IMG/VR virus record: IMGVR_UViG_3300037042_003348
Location: 3,965-67,964 of that record
Direction: 5' to 3' (one strand)
Source of the DNA: a virus
Length of the DNA: 64,000 nucleotides
The notes under the pieces were generated by a model. That model was not told the origin of the DNA and made no database searches. It was given only the letters and a program-made list of their open reading frames with translations. Below are positions 29,469-37,160 of the stretch, in pieces; position 1 is the stretch's first letter, and every line of letters starts with the position of its first letter. The position numbers and the translations under genes are program-made.

Positions 29469-29804
29469 ATGATTTCAGCATTAGTAGGGCATCTCGTTGG
29501 CGATTACCTCGCCCAAAGCGATTGGATGGCGTTGAACAAAAAGAAGTCAACGCTGCATTGTGCGGTTCATTGTGCAATCTGGACGGCGTGCGTTGTCCTC
29601 TTCGCGTGGTGGCCATTGTGGACAGCGATACCGTTGTTCGTGACGCATTTTATTCAGGACAGAACGCAGATCATCAATTGGTGGATGGACCTTGTTGGCC
29701 AGAAGCAATTCCGCACCGGCATTTGTGCCCCGTGGTCGATGATCGTAGTGGACAACGTGTGGCACATCGTAACGATTTGGGCCGTGTGGCTTATCGTCCG
29801 GTGA
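29469..29804 (+). CDS. DUF3307-like membrane protein (cassette 1)
   Basis: 'HLVGDYLAQSDWMALNK..H..THFIQD..VDNVWH'. Confidence 0.75.
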   Translation: MISALVGHLVGDYLAQSDWMALNKKKSTLHCAVHCAIWTACVVLFAWWPLWTAIPLFVTHFIQDRTQIINWWMDLVGQKQFRTGICAPWSMIVVDNVWHIVTIWAVWLIVR

Positions 29805-29889
29805 ACGCTTTGATTGATTTAGCTGCCGATGCAAAGCCGCCATCGGGTAAACGGTTGTTCGGCGGCTTAAATCCAATCAATTGTTATGG
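29800..29889 (-). mobile_element. attC-like site 2
   Basis: Minus strand: CCATAAC-AATTG-ATTGGATT-TAAGCCGCCGA...TCGGCAGCTA-AATCAAT-CAAAGC-GTTCACC; two extrahelical bases. Confidence 0.7.
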
Positions 29890-29895
29890 TGTATC

Positions 29896-30255
29896 ATGAC
29901 AGACATTGAAGCGGTTTTGAAGACACAGGTAAGCGACACGTTCCTAGCTGGAATGGTCGCAAGAATGGAGATGTCGTATTTCAAGTACGGCGACGTGAGG
30001 GAAGCGTACCCGGAAAAGATTGACGCATTAGCGAGCCTGCAACAGCGATTAAGGAAGTACGAGGACACAGGAAACACCGAGTTCCTAATGGACGTTGCCA
30101 ATTTCGCAATGATTGAGTTCATGTTCCCTCGCAAGGAAGGTGCGTTTTTCCAAGCCACGGATAGCGACCAATCCCCTGGCAGGACAACGACACTAGGAAT
30201 CGAAACGGATCGCCCAAACATCGTCCGGCACCACTACAGCCACGATGGCGACTAA
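29896..30255 (+). CDS. Hypothetical phage protein, possibly all-alpha NTP-pyrophosphatase-like (cassette 2)
   Basis: 'SYFKYGD..YEDTGNTEFLMDVANFAMIEF'. Confidence 0.6.
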   Translation: MTDIEAVLKTQVSDTFLAGMVARMEMSYFKYGDVREAYPEKIDALASLQQRLRKYEDTGNTEFLMDVANFAMIEFMFPRKEGAFFQATDSDQSPGRTTTLGIETDRPNIVRHHYSHDGD

Positions 30256-30257
30256 AT

Positions 30258-30327
30258 CACCATAACAATGAATTAACCGTGTCGGCGCAAATAACACGTT
30301 ACTTGCGCGTTTGGTTGGTTGTTAAAT
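30258..30327. mobile_element. Degenerate attC-like site 3 / hairpin between convergent genes
   Basis: CACCATAAC is the perfect complement of GTTATGGTG at 29883; internal hairpin GCGCAAATAAC/GTTACTTGCGC; ends in GTTAAAT; L boxes do not pair. Confidence 0.4.
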
Positions 30328-30328
30328 G

Positions 30329-30796
30329 TCACGACTGGATAGAGTTGGCTTCTTCTTGGATCGAGTACCGAAACGCGAATGCATCTTCGTTGCAGTCTTT
30401 GTAGAAATTCGGCAAAATGTTCATTGCACGAAACCCAAGCGATCGTAGAAACAACTGTGCGTCCAGATTGGTCTCTCGCACTCCCAAGGTGATTCGGTTT
30501 CGACGTTGGAAAGCCAACTTGGAAACCAATTTCTCAATCATGGCTTTTCCAACTCCTGATCTTCGGAAGTCGGGATGAACTGCGAACGCAAGAATATGGA
30601 TTCTGTTCTTGTGTAGTTCGTAGATCATGAAGCCAGCAACCACCTCATTTCGCTCGGCCACCATGCCAATGCAGGTTCTTTGGCGTAACGCACGAATGAA
30701 CTCTTCTTCGGTCCAAGGATCTGGTGAGCCGTCTCTTTCAATCGCCAGCACATCTGGCATGTCTCGCCTGATTAGCCATCGTACGTGCATACTCAT
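30329..30796 (-). CDS. rimI: RimI-like GNAT N-acetyltransferase
   Basis: 'VRWLIRRDMPDVLAIE..WTEEEF..AVHPDFRRSGVG..VRETNLDAQLF..GF..FY..EDA'. Confidence 0.85.
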   Translation of the reverse strand: MSMHVRWLIRRDMPDVLAIERDGSPDPWTEEEFIRALRQRTCIGMVAERNEVVAGFMIYELHKNRIHILAFAVHPDFRRSGVGKAMIEKLVSKLAFQRRNRITLGVRETNLDAQLFLRSLGFRAMNILPNFYKDCNEDAFAFRYSIQEEANSIQS

Positions 30797-30972
30797 TCTG
30801 CCTGCTCCTTTTGCTTATCAACCTTGGCCTGGACTTCGCTGCGATTCACCGACACGTCTTTCGGCGCGACGATCCCTAATCTTACCTTATCGCCACGAAT
30901 TTGCACGACAGTTATCGTGATCCCACCTTCGATGACGATCTGCTCGTTGGTCTTGCGACTTAGTATTAACAT
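30793..30972 (-). CDS. csrA: Carbon storage regulator CsrA (59 aa; absent from ORF track)
   Basis: Hand translation: MLILSRKTNEQIVIEGGITITVVQIRGDKVRLGIVAPKDVSVNRSEVQAKVDKQKEQAE; ATGA overlap with rimI. Confidence 0.92.
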   Translation of the reverse strand: MLILSRKTNEQIVIEGGITITVVQIRGDKVRLGIVAPKDVSVNRSEVQAKVDKQKEQAE

Positions 30973-30984
30973 TCCATGTTCCCT

Positions 30985-31149
30985 TTACTTTCGATCTTCG
31001 AACTCAATGCTCACCGCAGGCTGACCATCAACCCTGGTTACTGTAATCTTCGTTCTGTGGCTTGCACACCCACAGAACACACAAACCACCACCAACAAAA
31101 TCCATTTCGACACTGCTCGGTTGTAGTCTTCAGTCCTGTCCTCAAACAT
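30985..31149 (-). CDS. Small putative lipoprotein (54 aa; absent from ORF track)
   Basis: MFEDRTEDYNRAVSKWILLVVVCVFCGCASHRTKITV..; hydrophobic stretch then lipobox-like FCGC; AAGGA RBS. Confidence 0.6.
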   Translation of the reverse strand: MFEDRTEDYNRAVSKWILLVVVCVFCGCASHRTKITVTRVDGQPAVSIEFEDRK

Positions 31150-31242
31150 CCTTTTTCTCCTTGAATGAATAGTTTACCGCAATAGCGCGGGCAGTTGGAG
31201 CCTGGGCGAGGCTCCTCGTGTTCGTGCTAGTCAGTAAAGGTC

Positions 31243-31527
31243 TTACACTCGGAAAAGGTGTGACAGTGCGAGATCCAACGCATTACGCTCTCTGACGAGG
31301 GTCTGTTCCGTTTGATCGATGTAGCCGCGTTGTCGCTCAGTGAAAGCAGCAACGGCCTCCTCGATGGTTGCGTAGTAGCTTCTCGAGTCAGCTGAGAAAA
31401 CATGACCATGGTCGTTACGAATGATCATGTCGCATCCTTCCACTGGAGTAATACCAACGTGCTCGTGTGGCTCAAGCTTGGTGTACTGCGAGAGGTTGCC
31501 GTTAATCGTTATGAAGTAAACTTTCAT
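31243..31527 (-). CDS. Hypothetical early protein
   Basis: ATGA coupling within the minus-strand operon. Confidence 0.6.
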   Translation of the reverse strand: MKVYFITINGNLSQYTKLEPHEHVGITPVEGCDMIIRNDHGHVFSADSRSYYATIEEAVAAFTERQRGYIDQTEQTLVRERNALDLALSHLFRV

Positions 31528-31898
31528 TCGTCTTGTGTCCTTTTGGATTGTTGTTCCATTTTCTTGTTAACTCTGTCAACGAGAGTTATTTTCTCATTTA
31601 TCACTTCGACTTTTGCCATCTTGAAATCTGCTAGCCACGATGGACCGAAGTTGTTTCGAATTGATATCGACTCTTGCGGACCTTCGGCGTTGAACCATTG
31701 GTCACTAAGCTTCTTCTTCCAGCTCTTCCCGTTCTCTCGAGCGAACTTCAGTATGAATGCACGTTGTTCAGGGGTAAGGCATGGACGATCATCAAGCATC
31801 CATTTGCCGCACCATGCACACTTATTCTGCGCAGGTTGTCGACCAACCAGAGCGATATGCCCTGGTTTAGTTCTCATTAGTCGTTTACTTGGTTGCAT
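31524..31898 (-). CDS. Hypothetical early protein
   Basis: AAGGA RBS before MQPSKRL; 'FARENGKSWKKKL..W..IRNNFGPSWL' phage motif. Confidence 0.55.
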   Translation of the reverse strand: MQPSKRLMRTKPGHIALVGRQPAQNKCAWCGKWMLDDRPCLTPEQRAFILKFARENGKSWKKKLSDQWFNAEGPQESISIRNNFGPSWLADFKMAKVEVINEKITLVDRVNKKMEQQSKRTQDE

Positions 31899-32247
31899 TT
31901 GTTTCTTCCTTAAGGCAATCTTGAGCATGCAAGAAGCAGTTACCGAACTCCACCATCGCAGCCCCGAGCGATCCGTGGAACGTGTGCTGCAGGCCGTAGT
32001 GAACGCGGTAAGTTGTTTTGCACAATCTCCTGCGTCTCTTTCTGGTAACCTGAAATACAACTTCAAAATCCCCTACACTTCCACTGACAAGCTTTGCCGT
32101 CCACAAAGCTGGAACGCAGTACAAAGCAGCCCTGTCTCTTGCTGTGTCGATCGCAAGATTCGCCAACTGTTGTAAGGCTTCGTCCTCGCTGAATACGTCG
32201 CCTGGAACTTTGACTTTGTAGCAGTCGATAACATATTCACTGGCCAT
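31885..32247 (-). CDS. Hypothetical early protein
   Basis: AAGGGG before MASEYV; overlaps flanking genes. Confidence 0.55.
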   Translation of the reverse strand: MASEYVIDCYKVKVPGDVFSEDEALQQLANLAIDTARDRAALYCVPALWTAKLVSGSVGDFEVVFQVTRKRRRRLCKTTYRVHYGLQHTFHGSLGAAMVEFGNCFLHAQDCLKEETNATK

Positions 32248-33061
32248 GAATAACCCCTTCCACTTCGTAAAGATCGAAACTTCCATAAGGCTTGCAAGCA
32301 TCCGAAAGCTTGTCGCCAATGTCCTCAAGCCCGCGATCCCAGAAACCTGCGCCATGCCCGTTACGTGTTAGCCAAAAGTCATGACCGCATTGTCCAGGAT
32401 CCAGGCCATTAAGCAGCTTCGCGTTGGCTTTGATGAAGTCCTTGCAGTCTGCACGCATTGTCTCGAGCACCATCGGATCAATTTCGTCCTTATCGAACAG
32501 GCCCAACGGCTCACCATTGTCATCAGTCGACGACCACAGAGCACACTCAACGTAGGCTGTGAAGAACTTATCGAAGTCCAATGGCTCAATAGCCTTGCGG
32601 ACTTTGCGAACCTTTCCGGCCTTCGTTAGCGTGGCTTGGTATTCCATAGCCAACACAAGTCGCTCGGCCAGTACCGACTCGCTCGCTAGCTTCTTGACTG
32701 TACAACCGATAAAGTTGCTTGAATGCAGCAGGCCGGTGGTAGTGTTGACTGTCAGCACGATGACCGGAAGCTCGTACGGCACACCGTTTGAACTTCCGCG
32801 TTGCACGCTTTCCTTGACTTCCAGAACCTTCGTCTTCGAGTAACCAGTAAGCTTAACCCAGTCACCCGCAGCGATCGTCTCCACAGGAACCTCGAACATA
32901 GCCGAGTAATACCGATGAGCCTCAGTTCCGCGTTTGGTGAACGCCCGTCCACGGCCGCCGCACTTAAAGCATTTTGTGCCGTGCATTGTGCAGTACGAAT
33001 ACTGACCCGATCCGCCGCAACGACCACATGTCTCCACCTCAAAACCGTTTGCGTCGTACAT
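32237..33061 (-). CDS. Early protein: N-terminal CxxCxGxG Zn finger fused to a conserved phage domain
   Basis: CGRCGGSG..CFKCGGRG; 'AYVECALWSS..GHDFWLTRNGHGAGFWDRG'; ACAGGAG RBS. Confidence 0.65.
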   Translation of the reverse strand: MYDANGFEVETCGRCGGSGQYSYCTMHGTKCFKCGGRGRAFTKRGTEAHRYYSAMFEVPVETIAAGDWVKLTGYSKTKVLEVKESVQRGSSNGVPYELPVIVLTVNTTTGLLHSSNFIGCTVKKLASESVLAERLVLAMEYQATLTKAGKVRKVRKAIEPLDFDKFFTAYVECALWSSTDDNGEPLGLFDKDEIDPMVLETMRADCKDFIKANAKLLNGLDPGQCGHDFWLTRNGHGAGFWDRGLEDIGDKLSDACKPYGSFDLYEVEGVIHGQ

Positions 33062-33084
33062 CTCTCAATCTCCTGTGTTGTGTG

Positions 33085-33468
33085 TTAGTTGTAATTGCCG
33101 CGTTCGACGATATCACCCCAACAACCGATTCGGAACCGGCCTCGAACGTACATGATCGTCAGTTCGTAACTGTCGCCTGTGTTTAGGTAATCGATCGATG
33201 GTGATCGTTTATTGCTGCCCCTGTAAATGTGCTCAACACCGAATGTTCCAAGGTCAGGGAACCATTGCTCGACGACCAACAACGTGTCGCGAACCAGGAA
33301 GCTGGTATGGCATCGCTTGTATTCATCTAATGAAGCCAGCTTAAAAAACGCTACGCGACACGCACGACGAGCTCGAGTCAAATACGCTGAACGTGTCTCG
33401 CCCGTCTTCTGGAGCCGTTTGCGACCACTGGAAGCCAAGTCGATTGCAGATTGGAAGTTCGTAAGCAT
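33085..33468 (-). CDS. Hypothetical early protein
   Basis: 'TFGVE..YLNTGDSYELTI..FRIGCWGDIVE' phage motif; ACAGGAG RBS. Confidence 0.65.
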   Translation of the reverse strand: MLTNFQSAIDLASSGRKRLQKTGETRSAYLTRARRACRVAFFKLASLDEYKRCHTSFLVRDTLLVVEQWFPDLGTFGVEHIYRGSNKRSPSIDYLNTGDSYELTIMYVRGRFRIGCWGDIVERGNYN

Positions 33469-33498
33469 TGAAAAGTCTCCTGTGATTGTTTCTGAACC

Positions 33499-33546
33499 TG
33501 GGGACGCAGCCCGCAGGCTGCCGCACTTGGCCTAACCCCACCAAGC
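33499..33546 (-). ncRNA. Pseudoknot RNA motif, copy A
   Basis: GCUUGG-UGGGG-UUAGG-CCAAGU-GCGG-CAGCC(UGCG)GGCUG-CGU-CCCCA. Confidence 0.75.
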
Positions 33547-33547
33547 C

Positions 33548-34516
33548 TCAATACTTTGGATGTTCTCTCCATTCCAGCTTTACGCCTTCAGGCAGGTTTG
33601 CTGTCCTGAACGTCTTGAACACTTCGACCATGTGATCGAACTCTTCCTTGGTTACAAGCTTGCAAGTACTGCTCCAGTTCACGGCCAGTTCGTTGGAGTG
33701 TTCGTAGTAAATGCAATTCACTTTGGTTCCAAAATTATCGAGAACAAACAGCTCAACCTCCAGCTTCTTCTCAGCTTTTCGAACAGTCTTGTCGTGAGCA
33801 GTCAGTAGCTCAGCACGTTTCTTCGCTTTCATAGCTGCAGCCTTTTCGGCATCTCGGGCTGCAATCGCTTCAGCTGAGTAGTACCCTGATGCGCGACGTT
33901 CTGCGACCAGCTCACGAGTTGCGATCGTAACAGGTAACCAATGTCCACGAGTTGCTTCCGACTCAAACTCCTTGCCCGTCCATAGCTCGAGCTGTTTGAT
34001 AGCTGCATCAGCCTCGTTCTTCCATCGATCGACAATACCAAGATCCTCAAAAGCAATACTAAGCTCATCGGCCGATCGGCACTCAAGCAACGCAGGAAGC
34101 TCGTCTCCTGTGCATCGAACGTGATCGCGAAAGATCCGCAAGCAATCTTCCTTGCTCTTGGCATCGCTTCCGTTGCTGCCATGGTGTTCCACGTAGCTCA
34201 GCCCGAGGTGACCGGCAAGCCAATAGAACGCATTGGATGCGCAGTGCATTGGGACGCCTTGCCATGTGCTCAGGTGCAGGTCCACGAACGGCTTCAGCTC
34301 TGGGCGAAGCGACAGGATGAGCTCGTGACAGCAACCCCCTCCAGCGTCGACCATTACACCTCGAGCGTTTCGTTCTCTGATGTTAGCAGTGATGGAGAAG
34401 TCCTCGTGCCCGTTCTTGCATTCGTCATCCAGACGGATACGAATGTCGACAATCCGATTGCTATTGCCTTCAACGATCGAGTGACGGAGCGTGTTTGTTT
34501 TGGTCGCGGTTTTCAT
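33548..34516 (-). CDS. Hypothetical early protein
   Basis: ACAGGAG RBS before MKTATK; 'IRLDDECKNGHEDFSITA..GGCCHE..LHLS..GVPMH..NAFY' phage motif. Confidence 0.7.
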   Translation of the reverse strand: MKTATKTNTLRHSIVEGNSNRIVDIRIRLDDECKNGHEDFSITANIRERNARGVMVDAGGGCCHELILSLRPELKPFVDLHLSTWQGVPMHCASNAFYWLAGHLGLSYVEHHGSNGSDAKSKEDCLRIFRDHVRCTGDELPALLECRSADELSIAFEDLGIVDRWKNEADAAIKQLELWTGKEFESEATRGHWLPVTIATRELVAERRASGYYSAEAIAARDAEKAAAMKAKKRAELLTAHDKTVRKAEKKLEVELFVLDNFGTKVNCIYYEHSNELAVNWSSTCKLVTKEEFDHMVEVFKTFRTANLPEGVKLEWREHPKY

Positions 34517-34562
34517 TGTCTTGATCTCCTGTGGTGTGTGGGTTGGTTGGTGGTGGTTAATA

Positions 34563-34901
34563 CTAGTCTGCAGCCGATTCGCCATCGCTCGTGAATGCAT
34601 CACAACCATGCTCATCAGTGCATTGATATCCGCAATACTGGCAAGGAATCGCCTCGAACTGCACCGTGAACGCATCATCAGGGCATGAGAAGTCGAACTC
34701 CTTCGCAAACCCGCCATCACTTTGAATAGCCTGTCCAACAGTCGCGAGCAGTAATCCAAAGGACGCTGGGTACTCCTCAAAATCGAGCTCTACAGCGATT
34801 CCAGCCGCAAGGGCTGCGATTGTCTGCGAAAGTGTCTCGCCCTCGTATGCGTAGCTGTGGGCAGGGTTCTCGATGCTGGTGATCGTGATCTTGAACGACA
34901 T
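34563..34901 (-). CDS. Hypothetical early protein
   Basis: ACAGGAG RBS; acidic, C-terminal CxxC. Confidence 0.6.
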   Translation of the reverse strand: MSFKITITSIENPAHSYAYEGETLSQTIAALAAGIAVELDFEEYPASFGLLLATVGQAIQSDGGFAKEFDFSCPDDAFTVQFEAIPCQYCGYQCTDEHGCDAFTSDGESAAD

Positions 34902-34932
34902 TTTCTTATCTCCTGTAAATGTAAATGAAACC

Positions 34933-34982
34933 TGGGGACGCAGGCTGTAAAACCTGCCGCACTCGGCCTAACCCCTCCGAGT
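34933..34982 (-). ncRNA. Pseudoknot RNA motif, copy B
   Basis: ACUCGG-AGGGG-UUAGG-CCGAGU-GCGG-CAGGUU(UUAC)AGCCUG-CGU-CCCCA. Confidence 0.75.
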
Positions 34983-35620
34983 TATGATCGCTTCGCGATC
35001 GCTATCCTGACCGCGTTGCGTGTTCTGTTGCTGTCCTCGAGCGACAGCAAGTAATCAGCTCGAACCGCCCCGCAATCGCCCAGTCTGTGCTGTTGCGCAA
35101 AGCTTTTACTACCGTGCTCGCAGTTACCTGACTTAACGCTATCCTCGAGCGTTACCCACGTCGTGCTAGCAAGCTTGAAGATCCTCGCGTTGATCTTAGC
35201 TATCCTTTTGCGAGTGATGACCGCTTCGCGAAGCAGCTTCGCGATCGCTTTTGCGCCGAGCAGCATTTGGTCTCGGGTCGGGTGAAAAGTCTCACCCGAC
35301 CGTAGCTGCACAAGACAGATGCCGAGCTCGTCCAGAGACCATTGGTAGCCTCGAGGTGCTGCGAGGAACTTGCAAAGCCAGTAGGGATTGAGTTGGATCT
35401 CGAGCGTTGACGGGTGGTAGCACTTTGGCCACCTGTACGCAGCCGGATGATAGATCGGCTTGCCTGTTAGTGTTGTGTAGTGAAAGCTTCGTCCAATGCT
35501 TTTGTGCGTTTTAATTTGCGTTGTGTAATCGACTGGGCATCTGCCGTACTTGCTGAACAGTGCAGCGCGAAAGAACGAGTAGAGGCGGCTTTTGGTGGTT
35601 TTTGTGGCTTGTGCGTTCAT
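34982..35620 (-). CDS. Hypothetical early protein
   Basis: ACAGGAG RBS; 'VTLEDSVKSGNCEHGSKSF' motif. Confidence 0.6.
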   Translation of the reverse strand: MNAQATKTTKSRLYSFFRAALFSKYGRCPVDYTTQIKTHKSIGRSFHYTTLTGKPIYHPAAYRWPKCYHPSTLEIQLNPYWLCKFLAAPRGYQWSLDELGICLVQLRSGETFHPTRDQMLLGAKAIAKLLREAVITRKRIAKINARIFKLASTTWVTLEDSVKSGNCEHGSKSFAQQHRLGDCGAVRADYLLSLEDSNRTRNAVRIAIAKRS

Positions 35621-35651
35621 TGTCTTGATCTCCTGTGTTGTTGTGTGTGAA

Positions 35652-35837
35652 TTACAGAGGGGCAGGTCCGACAGTGGAAGTCTGCACTAGATCCCAGCCC
35701 TGGGTGGCTCCTTCGATATCCTCGAGTCGCATCCAACCGATCGACCGTGCATTACCGATGCAGGCTGCAGCGATCATGTACGACCGTCTCGAGGTGCCCT
35801 TAACGAATACTACGTTGTACCAATGATTCTTAGCCAT
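35652..35837 (-). CDS. Hypothetical early protein
   Basis: ACAGGAG RBS before MAKNHWY. Confidence 0.55.
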   Translation of the reverse strand: MAKNHWYNVVFVKGTSRRSYMIAAACIGNARSIGWMRLEDIEGATQGWDLVQTSTVGPAPL

Positions 35838-35865
35838 TTTCGATCTCCTGTGAATGAAACTAAAC

Positions 35866-35911
35866 CGGGGACGCGCCCGAAAGCGCCGCACTAGGCCTAA
35901 CCCCTCCTAGT
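35866..35911 (-). ncRNA. Pseudoknot RNA motif, copy C (overlaps the upstream stop codon)
   Basis: ACUAGG-AGGGG-UUAGG-CCUAGU-GCGG-CGCU(UUCG)GGCG-CGU-CCCCG. Confidence 0.75.
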
Positions 35912-36292
35912 TAATCGCTCAACCTCTTTGCTGTAAGCTGCCGCAGCTTTTGACCGTGCGCTGAAGTACTGATATTCGAGCTCGTTGAAACCCTCCATAG
36001 GGTCAAAACCTAAGTCCGTGACGACAGCATATTTGCCGTTATCTCGGCAGTCATCCTGCATCTCTACTAACGCCACTCGAAAGGCTGGGTTGAACTTCAG
36101 AATCTTGTTGCCGTCGATGTCTTCCAGCTTGTCTTCCAGTCGCGATACGTGTTCCTTAGTTAACTCTTCCGACAAAGTCCGAAGGACGCATGGAACTGAC
36201 GTTTCGTCACACTCCATGTCTTCGACTCGTCCAGATGTGAGGTCCATGAGCACTGCAATTTCTTCGATTGACAACTTATTGAATTTTTCCAT
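35897..36292 (-). CDS. Hypothetical early protein
   Basis: ACAGGAG RBS. Confidence 0.6.
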   Translation of the reverse strand: MEKFNKLSIEEIAVLMDLTSGRVEDMECDETSVPCVLRTLSEELTKEHVSRLEDKLEDIDGNKILKFNPAFRVALVEMQDDCRDNGKYAVVTDLGFDPMEGFNELEYQYFSARSKAAAAYSKEVERLTRRG

Positions 36293-36321
36293 TTTCTTAC
36301 TCCTGTGATTGTTTCTGAACC

Positions 36322-36367
36322 TGGGGACGCCCCCGAAGGGGCCGCACTCGGCCTAACCCCACCGAGC
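36322..36367 (-). ncRNA. Pseudoknot RNA motif, copy D
   Basis: GCUCGG-UGGGG-UUAGG-CCGAGU-GCGG-CCCC(UUCG)GGGG-CGU-CCCCA. Confidence 0.75.
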
Positions 36368-36574
36368 CTAGCAGTCGATCCGCCTGTACTCGCGAGAATA
36401 GCCTTCCTCCGACACGTTCCAGAACAGATACTTGTCACCGTTGGCGGTCTTGCCGTGGAACGCCTGCTCAGACTCGATCCAGCAAATATTGTAGACAGTC
36501 GCGTGGACCGCCGCGCCGAAGGGACTTAGTCCAGCGATCAGCCGAACCTCCTCGATGGTGTTGGTTTTTGGCAT
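36368..36574 (-). CDS. Hypothetical early protein
   Basis: AAGGA RBS; bounded by motif copies D and E. Confidence 0.6.
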   Translation of the reverse strand: MPKTNTIEEVRLIAGLSPFGAAVHATVYNICWIESEQAFHGKTANGDKYLFWNVSEEGYSREYRRIDC

Positions 36575-36608
36575 TTGTTTTATCCTTCTTAGGTAATTTG
36601 AGAAACAT

Positions 36609-36656
36609 TGGGAACGCTCCCTTGCGGGAGCCGCACTCGGCCTAATCCCCCCGAGC
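36609..36656 (-). ncRNA. Pseudoknot RNA motif, copy E
   Basis: GCUCGG-GGGGA-UUAGG-CCGAGU-GCGG-CUCCC(GCAA)GGGAG-CGU-UCCCA. Confidence 0.75.
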
Positions 36657-37160
36657 CTAGAACGGTGCTGGTGACTCGTTTTGAACCACTACTTGCTCGA
36701 CAGCCGAGTTGTCGTACCACTGCTTGTTAAAAGCGTAACCAAGGCTCTTCTTGCCTTCCTTGATACCAAACTGGCGGTAGTCGCTGCAGAGCTCGATTGC
36801 TTTGGCGATCGCTGCGGCCAAGTCGTCGAAGCTTGCCACAACGCGTTCCTCTGCGTACTCGGAATCATCCTGAGTCACGACCGTGAACTTCTTGATCTCA
36901 ACCAGCTTTCCGCCTGCCCAGTCGTAGAACTGAAAGTCTCGATACCCGTCGCAGTATTCGAACTTACCCACATCGCCGAGCGTGAAGCCAACCAGCACAT
37001 ACTGAGCGTAATCTGTACCCATCACATCCATACCAGACAAGTATTCAGCACCTTGGTATCGTTCCGACAAATATTTTCCAGCTGCCGCCAACGAGCTGAA
37101 CGAGCTGACCGAGTTGCCATCAATGCCTTCGTACTTGACTTTGAACTTTTTGGCTGCCAT
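36657..37160 (-). CDS. Hypothetical early protein, first gene of the operon
   Basis: ACAGGAG RBS downstream of a consensus promoter. Confidence 0.65.
   Translation of the reverse strand: MAAKKFKVKYEGIDGNSVSSFSSLAAAGKYLSERYQGAEYLSGMDVMGTDYAQYVLVGFTLGDVGKFEYCDGYRDFQFYDWAGGKLVEIKKFTVVTQDDSEYAEERVVASFDDLAAAIAKAIELCSDYRQFGIKEGKKSLGYAFNKQWYDNSAVEQVVVQNESPAPF

Noticed and set aside
31165-31240. Hairpins GGAGCCT/AGGCTCC and CCGCG/TGCGG as a sixth pseudoknot copy
   Set aside because: Lacks the UUAGG, UGCGG-hairpin-CGU arrangement and the GGGR/YCCC helix; probably an unrelated intergenic structure
33499-36656. Pseudoknot repeats as attC sites (contain GTTAGGC) or as a CRISPR array
   Set aside because: No inverse core or L boxes, and copy E has ATTAGGC; spacing is irregular (about 290-1430 bp) with whole genes between copies; no cas genes
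33499-36656. Repeats as HDV-like/theta or pistol ribozymes, or intrinsic terminators
   Set aside because: P1/P2/P4-like order resembles HDV, but only 5 nt lie where P3-L3 must be; pistol's pairing partner and conserved AAA linker are absent; no U-tract
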